Assembly: GCA_043228905.1 (NCBI GenBank)
Contig: JBHGNT010000012.1
Span: 20,150,001-20,214,000, forward strand
DNA from: Azolla caroliniana
Lineage: Eukaryota > Plantae > Polypodiophyta
Direction of reading: 5' to 3'
DNA length: 64,000 nucleotides
Shown: positions 1-12,399 of the stretch, piece after piece
Position numbering within the stretch: position 1 is the first letter of the stretch
How the letters are laid out: each line of letters opens with the position of its first letter
Position numbers and translations under genes: made by a program
Notes under the pieces: generated by a model
What the model was told of the DNA's origin: nothing
Database searches by the model: none
What the model saw: the letters and a program-made list of their open reading frames with translations, nothing else

Positions 1-329
1 TCTCTCTAGACTCTCTCTCTGCCTCTGTCTGCCGCATCTCTGATGTGTTGTGGTCTCTTTGTCTGTGCCTTTTAATCCATCGATCGCCATAGCCCTTCTT
101 CTTATATCTATCTATCTCTTTCTGTTCTGTTCTTTGCTCTGTTTTCTGCCCTCACTTCTCAGTCTCTCTGGTTCCTGCTCTCTCTCTCTCTCTCACCTCT
201 GTTTTTTCTTGGCTCTGATCTGCCCCCCCTCCTCTGTTGGTCTAGGGTTTTTTGTTTTTGCTTCATTCTGTTGGTCTAGCTAACCCTTTTGCTCCCTGAT
301 CCCTTTCCTTTCCTCCTCTTTCTTTCTTC

Positions 330-1151
330 ATGGCTCAGCACAGCACAGATCCCTCTCAGCTCCCCTCAACAGACTCCATGAAGAAAAGCTCTTCTTGCTT
401 CTCAGAGAAGCAGGGTAGCAGCAGCAGCAGTAGCCTTGAACCCAACACCACTACTAGTGTGGCCTCGGATTTGAGTGCCATATCCTTGCCACATGCCATG
501 GAAACTACTACCACCGACATCTCTGCCCATCCCTCCTCTATTTCAGCATCTCTGTCTGTTCTGCGCTCCGATCCTGATGTGCCACAGCAAAACCCTAGCA
601 CACAACCCTGCCCTGTGCCGTGCCATCACCATCACCATCACCATCACCATCCCCATCCTCCTCATTCTGTTCATGTCGGTGCTTCTGGATCATCATCCAC
701 CACCGACACTGCATCGCCATCAAATCGGTGTTCATGCCATGCCAGCCCCGCGGCGTGGTCATGGTTATCCTCCACTTCAGCAGAGATTATGGAGATCCAG
801 AACATTCCCGCACTCTCGCTAGTAGCTGAACCAGAATTAGATGCCCTTCGCCCCAACACGAATCGTCCGAGCCCTCCTATACCCGGAGTTTACACTAGTC
901 TCTCTCCCTTCGGAGAAGAGCAAGGAAAGAATCCACAAGGAATGGTGATGGCAAGACAGAGATCATGTGAGGCGTGTCGCAAGCGAGTAGGCCTCGTCGG
1001 CGGATTCAAGTGCAAGTGTGGAGGGTTATTCTGTGGTGTGCATAGGTATTCGGATCGGCACAAGTGTACCTTCGACTACAAGGCAGCTGGAAGAGAAGCC
1101 ATAGCTAAAGAGAATCCTCGGGTGGAGGCCATCAAGCTGGTGAAGATTTGA
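330..1151 (+). CDS. AN1-type zinc-finger stress-associated protein (SAP-like), no recognisable A20 domain, Ser/Thr-rich and poly-His N-terminus
   Basis: Intronless 273-aa ORF ending in the canonical AN1 finger [56 protein letters not shown]; CT-rich leader upstream. Confidence 0.9.
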   Translation: MAQHSTDPSQLPSTDSMKKSSSCFSEKQGSSSSSSLEPNTTTSVASDLSAISLPHAMETTTTDISAHPSSISASLSVLRSDPDVPQQNPSTQPCPVPCHHHHHHHHHPHPPHSVHVGASGSSSTTDTASPSNRCSCHASPAAWSWLSSTSAEIMEIQNIPALSLVAEPELDALRPNTNRPSPPIPGVYTSLSPFGEEQGKNPQGMVMARQRSCEACRKRVGLVGGFKCKCGGLFCGVHRYSDRHKCTFDYKAAGREAIAKENPRVEAIKLVKI

Positions 1152-2729
1152 TCTCTCATCCTTTTCTTTCAAATCTTCTTCATCCTGCCTCGTAAGAGTG
1201 ATAAGATCTTGTATATGGTGGAATGTAATTTGATCCATCCTTTATGTTTGGTGCATCATATATGTAGTTGATGCCACTAAAGAGATTTAAATTCTCATAT
1301 ATATTGTAAAGCCTTACAGTTAAGTTTAGGGTTTAGGGTTTAGAGTTTTGCTCCTTCTGTACTTTGCATCATATTATTATATGAATGGAAGTTATAGAGA
1401 TTATATTCGTTATCATGTTTTCCACATGATGCTAGCCCTTCTGGTTTAAGAAGGATGGCACAACATGAATTATATTGTCATTCATTATTTTGTGGCGGAT
1501 TTTGGCCTCCTCTTTAACACCATGGTTACTGCATAAATGGGAACCTTGATAATAGATTCATGAAGTTTGACACAAACTATATCTCTAATAAACCTTCAGG
1601 GTTTTCCTTTCCATTCATGACTTAGTTAGTTAACACAAATAACCAGTTTTTTTACAAATGACAGTAAATCCGTGAGTATTTTAAACAAAACCAACAACGA
1701 CTTGAGTTCCTTTGTTAAATTTAACTTTGTTTACCCATTAACAACTAATCCCCCCTATATACAGTGATCCACAGACCACACGGTATCAAAAGCTATATTA
1801 GATATGTATAAGAAGACCCTGTTTTTGAGTCATTGGGTCATCCGTGTGAGCATATATCAAAAATATATTGCATACATTCATTGGAGAAAAATGAAGCAAA
1901 AACGGTGTCTAGTAGTGGGTTGTTTCTTTAGAGAGCACCTTTTGAGAAAAACAGATATATCATTCTAGACTTGATCCTGCAATTTGGAGTCACTTGACTG
2001 CCTTTTTGTAGGGCTATCCAGATAAAGAAAAATCCTTTTGACCTTGTCAAACGATGTATAAAATATTAAACTTAAAAGTGATCTATGTTAACTAACATCC
2101 CTTTTCAGCTTTCACCTGGTGCATTAAACTAGATGTCAGATCACTTGTATTAGATATTGGGCATTACTATAAGGAATCTAAGAACCCTAAGAAATCTAGC
2201 GTTTCAGTCCTACATCATACCAATGGGGAAAAAAATCCTCAATCCACGTAGGCATAACCTTACCTCCATACTTTAACCTATCCACATGCTTGGAATTCCT
2301 CTCTTCTTTCATTGGTCAAATTCTGATATGGTATACACTAATTTTTGTGCACTAAATCTCATATCAAGACATACCTTTGGAACTCGCATCAGATTATTTA
2401 TGCTAATTGCTAAATGTAGAGATGGTTACTAAAATAGGATTACCTCACTACTCTCTAAGAACAATATGTGAATGAAGGCTCCAATCAATGAATAACATTA
2501 TTCAAAGTTAGTTAAAATTTCAGAAACTGAGCATGGGTTCAGTAAGTTATCAATAATACAATTACAAAACCCTTGACGAATGGTGTGTTTGATGTTGCAT
2601 CACCAAAAATGAAATGCTATTAAAATGGGGTGATGAAGGAATGATTTTACATATACTTTTTTAATTAAATCAGTTCAAGTAATGTCTGTAGTGGGCACAC
2701 AATCTTGTCATAGAAACTTCCAAGAAACT

Positions 2730-5700
2730 TTAGTCTTCTACAATACCCAACTCTGTCTTGAATACATCAACCTTTTCTGAACATACAAGCATCACAAGCC
2801 GGAATTGTTTCAAGCCCCGAGTCTGGTAGCACAAATAACCAGAATCGAAGTCAGTTTACCATCCAATTACAGTCAAATCAATGTAGGCTTAGCTATCATG
2901 CGATTCCAGTTCAACCAAAATCAGCTAATTATGTGCAGCTTAACATTCCAATTCCTATCCCCAGTACAACAATACTGCAGGATTATAAGAGCTGTACCTC
3001 ATGTGTAGCGACTGCCTCGGAGGTAACAGGAAACATGCAAGACCAATCACTTAGCTGCAACACATGACATCCAAAAAGAGGTGAAAGACTAAGTTTCTTA
3101 GAAACACTGTATACACACTTGATATTTCATAGAAATAGAGCTATGTTGTGAACATTTGTCGGGTGCTTTGCTTGCCTTGTGAAATATTTCATCCTCTGGC
3201 TTGATGTATATAAGATCCCCACCATTGCTTTCCTCATTTTCCTTCCCTACTTTTTGTTTATGTCCCTGTAGCAACACTGTGATGATCTATTATACCTTTA
3301 TAAGACTAGAATAGTATCATCATGTTAGAAAATGGGCTGCCTACCACAAGTGCAAATGTATATATTGAATACTAACATGATGACATACCTCTAATGCACC
3401 TGTAGTTTCTGGGCAAAGAGTGAGTGCCCAGGTGAGCCTAGTATCTTCTTTGATTGGTATCATACACTTTTTCTAGATTTCTAAACATCTGAATGTTTTG
3501 AAAGAGTTTCTGGCCTTCCAGGCCCAAGTTTAAACATATCTAAAGTCACCAATTTCTAAATTCAGAAATAATTATTATCTACCAAGGTATATACATGCAT
3601 GCTTACCTTTTTTCCTTTTTTCGGTATTTGCCGAAAGAAACGGGTCATAATTAAATAGTGCTTGAACTTGAAGGAATCCTGCAGTACTTTTGTTGGCTGA
3701 AAGCAAATAATGGTTTAGGAAATATGCACAACATCAACTAACCAAGAAGCAGACAGTTAATTTCCATATATTCTGCAATGACTTTTTAACCTCATCTTCT
3801 GTAGCCCACATAACCTCCTCAAATAGTCCCTTATATAATGGGGGTGCCAATTCCTCTGGAATGTTAATAAGCCTTTCACTAACCAGAAGGGCAACATTAC
3901 TTGCTTCTTCTTCAAGTACAGACTCAATCTTAGCTGCATCAGAATTTTCACTGCAGTTGCTTTTCAAATATTGAAAAATGTTCTGCATAAAGGCTTTATC
4001 CTGAAAAACCATTTAAGACACCAACAAGGATCCTCAGAGACCATGAGGGTATAATAAGAATGAATCGGCTCTCAAATTATGACGGCTCTCAAATTATGAT
4101 AAAAAAATGTTCTCTACTATACAATCAGCAACGGTTTGGTTTGAACCAAACCGAACTGCGAAACCACGGCTTAACGGCTTAACGGTTTCAACAGTAAAAA
4201 ACCACGGTTTAAAAGATTTAACGGGGTTTTTTTTTTTTAATTTTTAAAATTTGTTTTGAAACAATCTTTTCATTTTTAGACCTTATTTTCACATTGTAGG
4301 AACATCTTAAAAAAAATTTAAAATGAAACATTATAAATTTAAAAAAATTAAAATTTGACCTATGTTGAAAACCGAAACCGAACCACGAAACCGCGGTTCT
4401 TACGGTTTAATGGTTTAACGGTTTGAAACATGTTTAACGGTTTCACGGTTTGGTTCAGGTTTCAAAAAAATTAAACGGTTCGATTTGGACCCTCTCAAAC
4501 CGAGCCGAACCGTTGCTGATTGTTAACTATAGAGTGAAATTTATTCTCTTTCAGCTCTATAGAAATCCAGAAGATATAAAACAAGCTTACCTACTACTAC
4601 TCAGCCTCCTTGCACACTAGTAAATCATGACTGCAAGTACCATTAATACTTCATTTCCAACTACAAACACTATTAGCTTCAGAAATACTTGCATTAATAA
4701 ACTCATGGAGTGCCATCAAGAGGTAATAACGAAGACCAACCTCACAATGAGTACTTTAAAGATCAATATCAATCTCAAGTGATGATGAACATACATACAC
4801 ATGCAAAATAAATACATGTTAGCTGTTACAAACACGTTGGCACATCCTCTACTACATGCATAACCTATCTCATGATTAGTTATGGTTATGTTAGGTAGGT
4901 AAGCATTATTTCCTAAAGGAAAGAGAGTATGAACTTAATTACAATTCTATGTCATGAGATAATTATTAGATGTGTTATCACTTGACCGTTTCAAATGAAG
5001 TAGACAAGTGTGTGACACACCAAGGCCTAAGGTTTCTGATTATACAAGAAAGCTACCTACCTTCTTATGAAGGGAGGCTTGACCTATGTTGCAACTATGT
5101 GTCTACAAGAATGCCAGAACTCAATAATAGACGAAGGTGAGCAAGGAGAGTTTAGGTGTCTACAACATCTTCTTGCTACACAATACTATGATGAATCCTC
5201 ATCATGACTAATTGACATTTCTTAACCTGATGCAGGTGTATCAGGTGACACCAGAGTAGCAGGGCTCTTGAAGCTGTAATTATATTTTTTGAGCTTGCAA
5301 TAACCAACATAATTACTTGAGGCACCATAAGCACATACATAAGCATAGACCAGCTTGCAGGTTGTGGTCACACAATACCTTGCTATTATAAGGTGCAAAT
5401 TCTTGTTCTCAGAACCACTCCGAAATAGGCTGAAAATTGATGATACAAAACAATCTATAATTACATAAGACATCATTGACAAGTGCAAAAACCACAACCA
5501 GCACCAAATTATATGCTACTTCAACGAAAGAAAACAAAAATGCATCATGCACGAGAGCAAAGAAACTGGACAGTATCAGTATACCTAATCCCTAGTTGAC
5601 TCTCATCTTATCACTCATTTAATCTGGGATATGGCTTTGCAAAGAATTTTAGAGTGATGATGGGCACCTTATATCTTCCCATGTTAAGAGCAGTGATAAC

Positions 5701-6319
5701 ACCGATGGGGCTTTCATCTTCACCTGTCTTAATGACTGATCCAACTGTGGTCTGAGACAAAATGGTGTCTACAAACCCACCTATATCCCATGAACTGTCG
5801 TCCAAATAGGATCTCACCAGTGCTTTCACTCCATGGAAATCCTCAGGTTTAGGGTCAAAGAACTCAAAATCCACATTTACAATCCCCTACACAAAAGAAA
5901 ATACATCCAAGTTTCAAATCATAGAAATGTAGTATAAAAAGAAAACTATAAAACCCTAGAAAACAAGCAGCATTTACAATGAAGAAAACATTCAAAAACC
6001 AGATGTGCCTACAACATTCAAACCCTGGAAACGCAGCAGTGTATGAAGAGAATAATCCAGAAAACCCTAGAAAAGCAGCTACGCATGATGAAGTGAACGT
6101 GCAAACCCTATAAACGCAGTACATGGAGAGAACATTTCAAACCCCAGAAAAGCAAACTATGCCAAACCCTGCTATGAAGAGGCATCGTTAAGGAAGAACC
6201 TCGGAATCTTCATCATCTTCCTCATCGGCTTCAGAATCTTCTCCTCTGCCATTTTCTGCTTTCTGAAGCTTCTTTGGAGAGGATGGTTCTGCTGGGGTTT
6301 TCCGTTTCGGAAGAGGCAT
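2730..6319 (-). CDS. BCCIP: BCCIP/Bcp1 homolog (BRCA2/CDKN1A-interacting protein; ribosome-biogenesis chaperone), 7 exons
   Basis: Exons 6319-6200, 5886-5668, 4000-3791, 3696-3607, 3265-3176, 3054-2998, 2822-2730 join in frame; motifs VDFEFFDPKPEDFHGVK, LLVSERLINIP..LAPPLY, YIKPEDEIF; GT-AG introns except one GC donor. Confidence 0.88.
4121..4525. mobile_element. hAT-type MITE, family A (TAACAATC TIR), in a BCCIP intron
   Basis: Ends ACAATCAGCAACGG...CCGTTGCTGATTGTTA; AACCG subterminal repeats; AT-rich core shared with the other copies; left end and TSD partly eroded (ACTAT / ACTATAGA). Confidence 0.85.
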
Positions 6320-6403
6320 GAGTGGAGCCCGAAACCCTAAGTGCTACCAGTCCAGGAACCCTAAACCGTACGTGCAAATCCGAACTGAGCAGCCCACAAC
6401 CCC

Positions 6404-6638
6404 AAACTGAGCTTTCTGCAGCCCTACACTTAGCTGCCTGCAACTCTAACCCTAACCCTAATATGCTGGATGTGAATGAATATAATATGTAGGGAGCCCT
6501 AAAACCCTAAACTGAGCTTCCTGAACCCCAACACTTAGCTGCCTGCAACTCTAACCCTAAATCCTAACCCTAACCCTAACCCTAACCCTAAAACTCAGGA
6601 TGTGAATGAATATAATATGTAGGGAGCCCTAAAACCCT
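6404..6638. repeat. Two-copy tandem duplication (about 105-130 bp) containing (CCCTAA)n telo-box arrays, upstream of BCCIP
   Basis: Unit AAACTGAGCTT...CACTTAGCTGCCTGCAACTCTAACCCTAA...GGATGTGAATGAATATAATATGTAGGGAGCCCTAAAACCCT occurs twice. Confidence 0.85.
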
Positions 6639-6860
6639 GAAGAGAGCAGAGCTTCTTCTTTATGGGATTTGGTATTGTTTCATATGTACATCAATCACAA
6701 TGTATTTGTTATTTACCCCAAGTAAAGTGTTGTCACTTCCTAAGACTCAGGTCGCCATACCATAAGATCTCGTCACAAATTTTATGAAGAAAGTTTGTGC
6801 TCCGTGACCCCGATAGCCCGACTCACTTTCGATCCCTTTTACTCTCTCTCTCTCTCTCTC

Positions 6861-9800
6861 ATGAAAATATTGTTAATACCACCCTCGAAGAGGAGAAAAT
6901 GCGTCAGGCCCAACGCCTAAATGTGCGTGTCACTGGGCTCAAGGAAGGTGCATCCCCGGACGAGGATGCACAAACACTCGGGAAAATGTTAGGGTACACA
7001 ACGACCCTACCTATCACCAAAGCTTGGAGGGCCGGACGCGACACAACTAGGAAGAGAGCCTTAGTTCTTCAATTTAAAGACTTAGACTCTAGAATCACTT
7101 TCTTTAAGAATAGACCAATTCTTCGAGGATTGGGTGGGGACCCTATCTATCTCGATGAAGACCTCACCAAGATGCAAATTGAGCATCGCAAGAGTTGTAT
7201 GCCAAAGGTTATGCAAGATCGCAAAGACGGGCATCGCGCCTTTTATCGAGATGGGCGAGTGATCATAAATGATCGCACTACTAATTGACGGCGTGTGGCC
7301 CATGTGACAGAAAACACACTTAGGATGACCTTATGGAATTGTAACGGCGCACTCTGGACACACCCCGGCCGCCTAGAGGGGATATTAAAGGAATCGGATA
7401 TAGTTTGCCTAGTAGAAACACACCAAAGCCCAAATAGGGGACTCCCACGAGTCGAAGGATTTCGTTGGGAGTCGGCTTTTAGACAAACCTCACATCGATG
7501 CACTACCAGGGGATCTGGAGGTGTCGCAATATTGTTTCGGAGGGAGCTACATAATGGGATAGAAATACTGAGCACAGACCCAGAAGCTCATTTTATGTGG
7601 GTGAAAGTCTCCACATGCAAGGACAAGGCAGTAATTTTCGCCATTTGTTACTTCCCCCCGAAAGGCTCTCGTTATAATCTAGCTGGCGAGGCGAGATTAG
7701 TTGATGACGGAGTGCCACATGGGCCTTCCCCATATGAACCTCTATCGGATGACATAATCCGATATTCTTCCCAAGGCGAAGTATTCCTTGTAGGAGACTT
7801 TAATGCGAGAACCCAATCCCGACAATGCACAATATTTCAAATGAATAGAAACCTAGAAATGGTAAATGTCGATCCTTCAGACATAGACACCACACGTAGA
7901 TCAAAGGATCAAGGTGCAGACGCCACGAGCTTTGGCCATCATTTGCTCGAACTCGGTAGTCGGCACCAGATGGTCATATATAATGGTTTAGCCAAGTGGC
8001 CAGGTTCGGAAGAGCTCACATGTTTCCCACATGGAGGAGGGGAAAGCACAGTCGATTATCTAATAGGACGCCCTGAAGCTACCCACATGATTAACTCCTT
8101 CCGAGTGGCCCCATGTCCTATTGGCGCGGACCATAGTTTCTTATACTTCGAGATAAAATGTGATATCTCTAACGTCACCAACTCTAGTCAACCACGCCAT
8201 GACATCACAATACATTTCACACATGAGCTCTCTAACATATATGCTCGACATGTTCAAGCCCATCTCGCCTCCCTTGATCCCTCCCTACCTTTAGAGAGCC
8301 TTAGTATGAAACTCACACACATCCTTCATGCTGCAGCAATTAGCAGTTTCCCATACACGAAACACTCCAATCAAGGTAAAGTAGGATCTATGCCACAAAA
8401 TAGATGGTATGATGAGGATTGTAGGTGCTTACATCGACAACTTACAATATCGCAACTCAGTGGTATTATTACCTCAGTACAAGCTCGTAAAGAAATGCGC
8501 AAGATGACACGTCGTAAGAGATGAGCATGGGAGGCATCCCAATATTGGGAACTCTACCACATGCTCATGAGTAGCGATTGTGCCACTGCATGGAAGAGAT
8601 TACGGGAACCAAGACCACAAACACCCATCGAAGATCCCGAAACTTGGCACACTTATACAGAGAGACTTTACCACATCCCAAACCAACTACCCATTCCAAT
8701 GCCTTCTACACCCCGACCTACTGTGGGGACACTCTTCACGACTTCTAGGGTCACGAAGGTCATAAAGAAATTACAACATAGGAAGTCCATGGACCACACA
8801 GGATTGCGAGCAGAACACATCATATACGCGAGAGAGTGCCTAGCTCCCTTGCTAACTCTAATCTTCAATCGTGCCCTCGCAGAGGGTTTTCCATCACAAT
8901 GGACCATGAACACAGTGGCCCCCATACATAAAGGGGGGGACCCCATGGACCCAAATACTTATAGGACCATTATGATAGGTCATACCCTTGCTAAATTATA
9001 TGGTGCAGTAATGGAGGCAGAGCTTAGCGAGTATTGGAGACCTTAAATCTTCGTGCACCTGAACAGGTTGGCTTTAGACAAGCCTTCTCCACTATTGACC
9101 ATATCTTCACACTTAGATGTAACAATCGGCAACGGTTCGGTTTGAACCGAACCGAACCGCGAAACCGCGGTTTAACGGCTTAACGGCTTAACGGTTTCAA
9201 CGGTTCGGTTTCGGTTCGGTTTCAGCAGTCAAAAACCTCGGTTTAAACGGTTTTTAATTTTTAATTTTTTTAATTTTTTAAAAAAAAATTTAAAAATTTG
9301 AAAAAAATTCTAAAAAATTTTTAAAATTGTTTTTAAACAATCTTTTCATTTTTACTCTTATTCTCACATTTTAGGAACATCTTAAAAATTTTAAAAATTC
9401 TAAATAATGAAATATTATAAATTTAAAAATAAAATAAAATAAATTAGACCTATGTTGAAAACCGAAACCGAACCACGAAACTGCGGTTTTTACGGTTTAA
9501 TGGTTTAATGGTTTGAAAAATGTTTAACGGTTCGGTTTAAAGGTTTCGCGGTTCGGTTCGGTTCAGGTTTCAACATTTTTTAATGGTTTGAACCCTCTCA
9601 AACCGAACCGAACCGAACCAAACTGTTGCTGATTGTTACTTAGATGCTTAATTGACCAGACTAAGGCTCGCAAGAAGAAACTATATTGTTGTTTTGTGGA
9701 CTTCCGCAAAGCCTTTGACACGGTCCCTAGAGAGCGGTTGTTTGATAGGCTTAAGAGCTTGAGGATACCAGATGACATGGTTTGGGCCATCTACGCACTA

Positions 9801-11742
9801 TATGAACAAGTGTCCGGGTGTGTTCGATGCCCAGGCGGCATATCCGATAGTTTCACTAGCACTATTGGTGTAAAACAAGGTTGCCCCTTATCTCCGACTC
9901 TTTTTGGGATCTACATTGATGAGATCACAGATTTTATTGCTCGTAAGGGAGGCAATGGAGTAGTCCTTGGGGATACGCAGGTGCGTATCTTGCTCTATGC
10001 AGACGACATAGTTTTGCTCTCTAAATCTGAACACGACCTACAAAGGCACCTTAATGCCTTAGATGACTTTTGCACACAACGAGGATTGGTAGTGAATCTA
10101 GGGAAAACTAAAGTCCTTATCTTCCACACGTCGGCCCAAGTTAGAGCTAAGTGTCACCTAACTATTTCCCATAGCCCAGTTGAGGTGGTTGGATCATATG
10201 TCTATCTCGAAGTCACTTTCAGTGCCTGCTCAGGTAAATTTTCGATGACCCAAGCAGCGAAGGATAGACTTACAAGAGGACATGCATCCCTCTCACTCCT
10301 CGAGAGACAATGCCACCAAGCATACTTCCAAGAGCCACGAACTAAAGGGTGGCTCTTTGACTCATTAATGACTCCCTCTCTCATGTATGCATCAGCGATT
10401 TGGGCCCCAGGACTACCATCTTTCATGTGGACGCAATTAGAGAGACCATTGGTGATGATGTTATCACGCCAACTCCGAAGCAAATCGTCGGTCCCACATG
10501 ACATTATTAGGGCTGAGTTCACTCTACCCCCTATGTTAGTAGAAGCACTTTTTCAACTGGTAGTCTTTATACACAGGATACATAACCAACCACTTGATAG
10601 AATATCCCACCAAGCCTTTAAGGCTTCTCGAGCACTATATGAGTCCGGCTATACTAGCTCATGGTATGGCATGATGGTGAGTTGGCTTCTTGCCAACGGT
10701 CTAGACATTACTAACCTCCCCCCCCTTAAGTACGACCACACAACTAATACTTTAATCTCTCATGAGGACCGTAATAAAGTAATACGCCAAGAAATATGGT
10801 AAATTTATACTCGGTATAAATGGATCACCCCACTAGAGCCACTCCCATCTAAAATGTCGTACTATAAGGAACACTTTATGCACTTCTCTGAGTTAGGTTT
10901 TATCACGCGCCCAAAATATCTAGATGTATTTTTACCACATGCACTAAGGGTTGCCATTGGTCAACTTAGAATATCATCTCACCAACTTGAGATTGAGAAT
11001 GGACGTACTAATGGAGTCCCTAGGGAGGAAAGGATATGTAGGTTATGCCACATAGAGATAGAGGATGAGTACCATTTTACATGCAAATGCCCCACCTATG
11101 CCGAGATAAGGGCAAAATACCAAGACATACTTGGTTCCTCTCCCACCCTCCCTAAACTATTAGATACACTAGATATAAAGAAATTAGGTAGATACATCTT
11201 AGAATTGAAACAACACAGAGAAAATAAATTACAAAACGTTGATAATAATGTTGCTAATGTTTACCAACATATAACAAATGAAGTTTTTCAGGAACAGGGG
11301 GAGACAATGAATGTCGACACACCTGCACCACTCGGACTTCTCCTTGATGAATCAGAAAATCAAAGAAGAACCAAACGCCCTCGGATGCCGGGTTTCAAAG
11401 CAACTCGACGAGATGTAGAAGCAATAAAGAAAATAAGGGAACGTGAACTACACCGCCTAGAAGCCATGGCTAGGGCACTCTATGCATCGGGACCATGGGT
11501 CACACCCACACCAAAAACTTTTGACCTCCCACTTCTTTTTGAGAGACTTGGGTGGAAATGAGATTAGGCTTAGTGCAAAGTTTTGTACACTACTAGAACT
11601 TTCTTAGCTTTAAGCTATTTTCTTTTATTTTAGTTTTGATGATTGGATAAACACTCATTTTTGTTGTAACCTATTTGTCTCATGGGCCAAATTTGGCCTT
11701 AGAAGACGTTAATATTTCTTTCTTTCTTTCTTTCTTTCTCTC
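6861..11742 (+). mobile_element. Near-full-length non-LTR retrotransposon (RTEX/L2-like): 5'-truncated ORF1 plus disrupted ORF2 (APE endonuclease, RT, C-terminal Cys/His)
   Basis: ORF1 remnant to 7288 (LNVRVTGLKE..IYLDEDLT). ORF2 motifs LWNCNG, GDFNART, FVDFRKAFD, GVKQGCPLSP, LLYADD, ISSHQLEIENGR..RICRLC..EDEYHF..CP. Stops at 8522-8524 and 10800-10802, frameshift near 9035, MITE insertion; (TTTC)n tail at 11716-11740. Confidence 0.9.
9120..9638. mobile_element. hAT-type MITE family A inserted in the LINE RT domain
   Basis: TAACAATC...GATTGTTA termini; 8-bp TSD CTTAGATG at 9112-9119 and 9639-9646; removal restores ..STIDHIFTLRCLIDQTK.. Confidence 0.95.
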
Positions 11743-12399
11743 GTATATAATGGCTTTCATTACGAAAGAAAAAATAGTAACTTACAACAAAGTATGGTTA
11801 GAACCCTTCTAGAGATCTAAATAGTATGCATAGAACCCTTCTAGGGATCTAAATACTAATATTACGAGTCACGACTACAATCTCAATCCCACCCTAGACA
11901 CCAATCCAATGGCGAAGAATATGATGACCTTGCAAAGTTCTCTCTCTCTCTCTCTCTTCATGGTTGAGATTTCATGACTTCTTTAGCACTGCCAATTGCC
12001 ACTACTTCCAATGGGTGTCACAATGGAGTATGGTCACCCACTAACTACAGGGAGTTGTGGAACATGTTGAATTGTTGCTACGCTAGATGACCACTCCACC
12101 GAAGACAGAATTTCTACTTGCCCCAGTAAAGAAATTTTCTCATTTTCGTACTCCTTTCGACTTCTGTAGCTATGCTTTGATTTCAGGCTCACCATCAAAT
12201 ACAAAATCATTCTTGCATATCCCGATTAAGTGTGATTAAAACTAAGAGCACAATCTCTTCGTTCCAAGTCAACATAATAAACACGAAGACACAAGTAACT
12301 CTTTTTGCAAAGAATTACAATGTTCTCTACTAGACGATGGTTTCCATACAAATAGTGAGAGTTCCACAAGACTACCAAGTGTTGAACACATGAAGACTA

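Noticed and set aside
1324-1348. Interstitial telomere (TTTAGGG)n
   Set aside because: Only about 3 units in a 3' UTR; too short to indicate a chromosome fusion
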